Positions 50,114 through 50,647 of a DNA stretch of 50,647 nt are shown in pieces. Source of the DNA: Lachnospiraceae bacterium (GTDB taxonomy: Bacteria > Bacillota > Clostridia > Lachnospirales > Lachnospiraceae); the NCBI GenBank assembly GCA_021153185.1, contig JAGKTY010000016.1, forward strand, positions 1-50,647, given 5' to 3'. The number at the start of each line of letters is the position of its first letter. Position 1 is the first letter of the stretch. Made by a program: the position numbers and the translations under genes. The notes beneath the pieces are model-generated. The model was not told the origin of the DNA, did not search any database, and saw only the letters and a program-made list of their open reading frames with translations.

Positions 50114-50260
50114 CTATTTTTTTACTTCTTCTCCACTGTTCGCTGCTACATTTACAACGAAATTGCATTGATCACCATCTAAGAAATCAATACCATTAAC
50201 ATAGTTCATTTTCTGTAAAACACTATCGTCCTTGATATCTGATATATTTATAATACGCAT
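50114..50260 (-). CDS. Small hypothetical ORF (48 aa from MRIINISDIKDD...) between the inverted repeats
   Basis: ORF track only (50114..50305). No motifs. Confidence 0.25.
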   Translation of the reverse strand: MRIINISDIKDDSVLQKMNYVNGIDFLDGDQCNFVVNVAANSGEEVKK

Positions 50261-50548
50261 TACATTACTCCTTAAATTAAAATCACATAGCATAATAGTC
50301 CCCATGTAACGCTTTAATTGTGCCTAACACCACTGTGGTCAACTTTAAGCCCGAAACCCTTGTAAAAATCAAGGTTTCCGAACTTTTTTTGTTACGTTTA
50401 AAATATCACTCAATCCATTTATGAGTATATCATACATCCTGATAAACCGGAACTTCGCCCTGAAAAACAATCGTTTTTCGTTTTTGAAAACACTATCACA
50501 GATTATAAAAATTTAATCTCTTGACTCCCATATTCCCGGCATGCTATC

Positions 50549-50626
50549 CTACGGATAAGCAATATCGTCTGTGCAAGTAGCAATCCGCGAACGCATTCTT
50601 ATTCTTAATTCAAAGTCGATTCTTGC
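50549..50626 (-). repeat. Copy B (inverted) of the ~80-nt repeat
   Basis: Reverse complement reads gcaagaatcgactttgaattaagaataagaatgcgttcgcggattgctacttgcacagacgatattgcttatccgtag. Confidence 0.6.
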
Positions 50627-50647
50627 TTCATTCACAATTAACTTCAT

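Noticed and set aside
50560-50647. Minus-strand 32-codon ORF starting at the window edge (MKLIVNEARIDFELRIRMRSRI...)
   Set aside because: Very short, lies entirely within inverted-repeat copy B, and is truncated by the window. Not enough evidence for a gene.
1-50647. CRISPR arrays, rRNA genes, prophage structural genes, transposases
   Set aside because: Scanned for regularly spaced direct repeats, rRNA-like conserved blocks and transposase (DDE/tyrosine recombinase) motifs in all ORFs; none found.

Overview
This 50.6-kb window looks like chromosomal DNA from a Firmicutes bacterium of the class Clostridia (spo0H/sigH, Mini-RNase III, PcrA, class-3 FBPase, PspA). That assignment is an inference from gene content and codon usage, not a database match. 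It splits into two compositionally distinct parts. Positions 1 to about 10.5 kb are AT-rich accessory DNA. They hold a complete type I restriction-modification operon (hsdR-hsdM-hsdS, with hsdS cut off by the window edge) and, directly upstream and co-directional, an 845-aa STAND NTPase with canonical NACHT motifs (Walker A GTAGIGKS, Walker B LVLFDGLDE, SSRP sensor-1), an uncharacterised ~310-aa N-terminal domain and a C-terminal sensor region. Next comes a plasmid/ICE-like remnant: a protein with a sigma-70 region-4-like C-terminus, a small conserved ORF, translationally coupled ParB-ParA, and a SymE-family toxin. No integrase or relaxase is visible. From about 10.6 kb onward the DNA is higher-GC housekeeping chromosome, mostly on the minus strand. 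It encodes rlmD, pcrA, a pspA-SPFH/zinc-ribbon operon, a cold-shock protein, a hybrid histidine kinase, fbp, a dapA-dapB operon behind a lysine riboswitch, cobO, an unusual tandem-OB-fold SSB-like protein, typA, yigZ, PBP1A, a 969-aa polytopic membrane protein, tRNA-Thr(GGU), sigH-rlmB-mrnC-cysS-cysE-ispF, deoB-deoC-cdd-nucleoside phosphorylase, and a ribE-ribBA-ribH operon behind an FMN riboswitch. The most noteworthy items are the NACHT NTPase co-operonic with type I R-M (candidate antiphage defence island), the tandem-OB SSB-like protein, a 60-bp near-perfect palindrome upstream of ispF, an ~80-nt imperfect inverted-repeat pair flanking about 480 bp at the right edge, and a DUF4160 remnant with an internal deletion next to an intact DUF2442 gene. 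Domain calls rest on motifs read directly from the translations. No homology searches were run.
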